Assembly (NCBI RefSeq): GCF_006345805.1
Contig: NC_043003.1
Coordinates: 102,548,001-102,612,000, forward strand
Length of the DNA: 64,000 nt
Reading direction: 5' to 3'
Source of the DNA: Octopus sinensis
Taxonomy: Eukaryota
Shown: positions 62,739 through 64,000 of the stretch, one piece after another
Numbering within the stretch: position 1 is the stretch's first letter
How the letters are laid out: the number at the start of each line of letters is the position of its first letter
The notes under the pieces: model-generated
What the model was told of the DNA's origin: nothing
The model's input: the letters and a program-made list of their open reading frames with translations, nothing else
Databases searched by the model: none
Position numbers and translations under genes: made by a program

Positions 62739-63507
62739 TATAATAATAATAATAATAATTATTATTATTAACTGGTATCATATATTGCAGTGTTATATCT
62801 CATTTAATGTGTTTATCAACGAGCAACCAAATTGCATTTATCACTTTCACATTTCAACATACACAGAATAATTATGCAATATTTTGATTATATCATTTGA
62901 GTCCTAATTATTTTTTAGTATTAGCACCACCAGCTCTTCCACTACTACAACAGCTGCTTCTGCTGTGACACAGCTGCAACCACCGCCACCACCACCACCA
63001 TCACCATCACCATTGCTGTTATTATTAAATCTGACGTTATAGAGTGATAGACAAATGATATTTTCTCTCTTTGTATTGAATTACCTTCTGTCTGTCATCT
63101 CCTCTGTTTCATTGTTTCTAAAGCAAAAATGACTGAATATGAAATCATTGATGAAATCGTCAATGAGGATGGCAGCTATAATGACACTGACGATGGTAAC
63201 TTTGAGTGAAAAATAATGGTGACAATGACGACAGCACATTAGAAGAAAAATCAATTACAAAGTAACACGTGATGTTTTTGAGTCTGAATTGCATTATCAT
63301 CATCACCCACCATTGTCAACATTATCCATTTAATATTAAGTCCTGGTATGAGTTGAATAGTTTGATGGGATCTGAGTCACAGGACAGCATCAAGCACTGA
63401 CATTAGCTTTAGCATGGTTTCTACAGCCGAATGCCTTTCCTACTGTTAACCAGTTTACAGTGCTTAACATTAGGTGCTTTTTCAGGTTTTCAGCACCAGC
63501 ATCAGTG

Positions 63508-63879
63508 GTGGAAGCGCAATGGCCCAGTGATTAGGGCAGCGAACTCGCAGTCGGAGGATTGTGGTTTTGATTCCCAGACCGGGCGTTGTGTGTGTTTATT
63601 GAGCGAAAACACCTAAAGCTCCACGAGGCTCCGGCAGGGTGTGGTGGCGATCCCTGTTGTACTCTTTTGCACCACTCTTTCTTCCTGTTTCTTGTCCCCG
63701 ACTTCCTACGCAACCACTAAGCCTGGATGCGCATTCATCCATCCGTCAATGCTCTCGGTGTCAGGGGTTGACCTGCTTTCTTTTCTGCGGGTCTTACGAA
63801 TAGCAAAGGACCATGTTTCGGACTTCTCCCAGAGGATGAAGACCGCTTCGTTCAACAAACAAACAAACAAACAAAACAA
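63508..63879 (+). mobile_element. tRNA-derived SINE (OR-like head), tail type 3
   Basis: 13-bp TSD ACCAGCATCAGTG at 63495-63507 and 63880-63892; (AAAC)n tail. Confidence 0.88.
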
Positions 63880-64000
63880 ACCAGCATCAGTGAAGCCACC
63901 AATTAACTTGCAAGACAAGGAAATAAAAGGAAAATACTTCTCGACTGAGTGGAGGTGTATATGAGAGACAAAGGAATTGGCTTTATACTACGTGTTAAAA

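Overview
AT-rich, repeat-saturated animal genomic DNA. The SINE families, the octopod-type 5S sequence and the very high (TA)n/(CA)n/(ATG)n density suggest an octopus (inference). No bacterial-type genes and no CRISPR. All long ORFs in the supplied track are microsatellite artefacts or decayed transposon pieces. Most of the window is four tRNA-headed SINE groups plus many (GAT)n-tailed RTE LINE 3' ends. There are also fragments of Penelope-like, R4/Dong, RTE, RTE-X and CR1 retroelements, a Tc1/mariner transposase fragment, piggyBac-like, Helitron-like and Helentron-like non-autonomous elements, and several fold-back palindromes. A set of short, splice-site-flanked, partly phase-compatible plus-strand exon candidates suggests the window lies inside a large unidentified protein-coding gene (low to moderate confidence). 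Three observations stand out. (1) A near-full-length 5S rRNA copy is fused head-to-tail to a tRNA-SINE inside one 10-bp target-site duplication (59170-59661). (2) A type I hammerhead ribozyme with an intact core and a long helix II lies on the minus strand (14370-14465), and two related families of minimal hammerhead-like motifs sit in or near (TA)n tracts. (3) A 98-bp palindrome whose deviations are almost all G.U on the plus strand buries the acceptor of a candidate exon (30276-30373). Coordinates of decayed repeats are approximate; family names come from motif recognition, not database searches.
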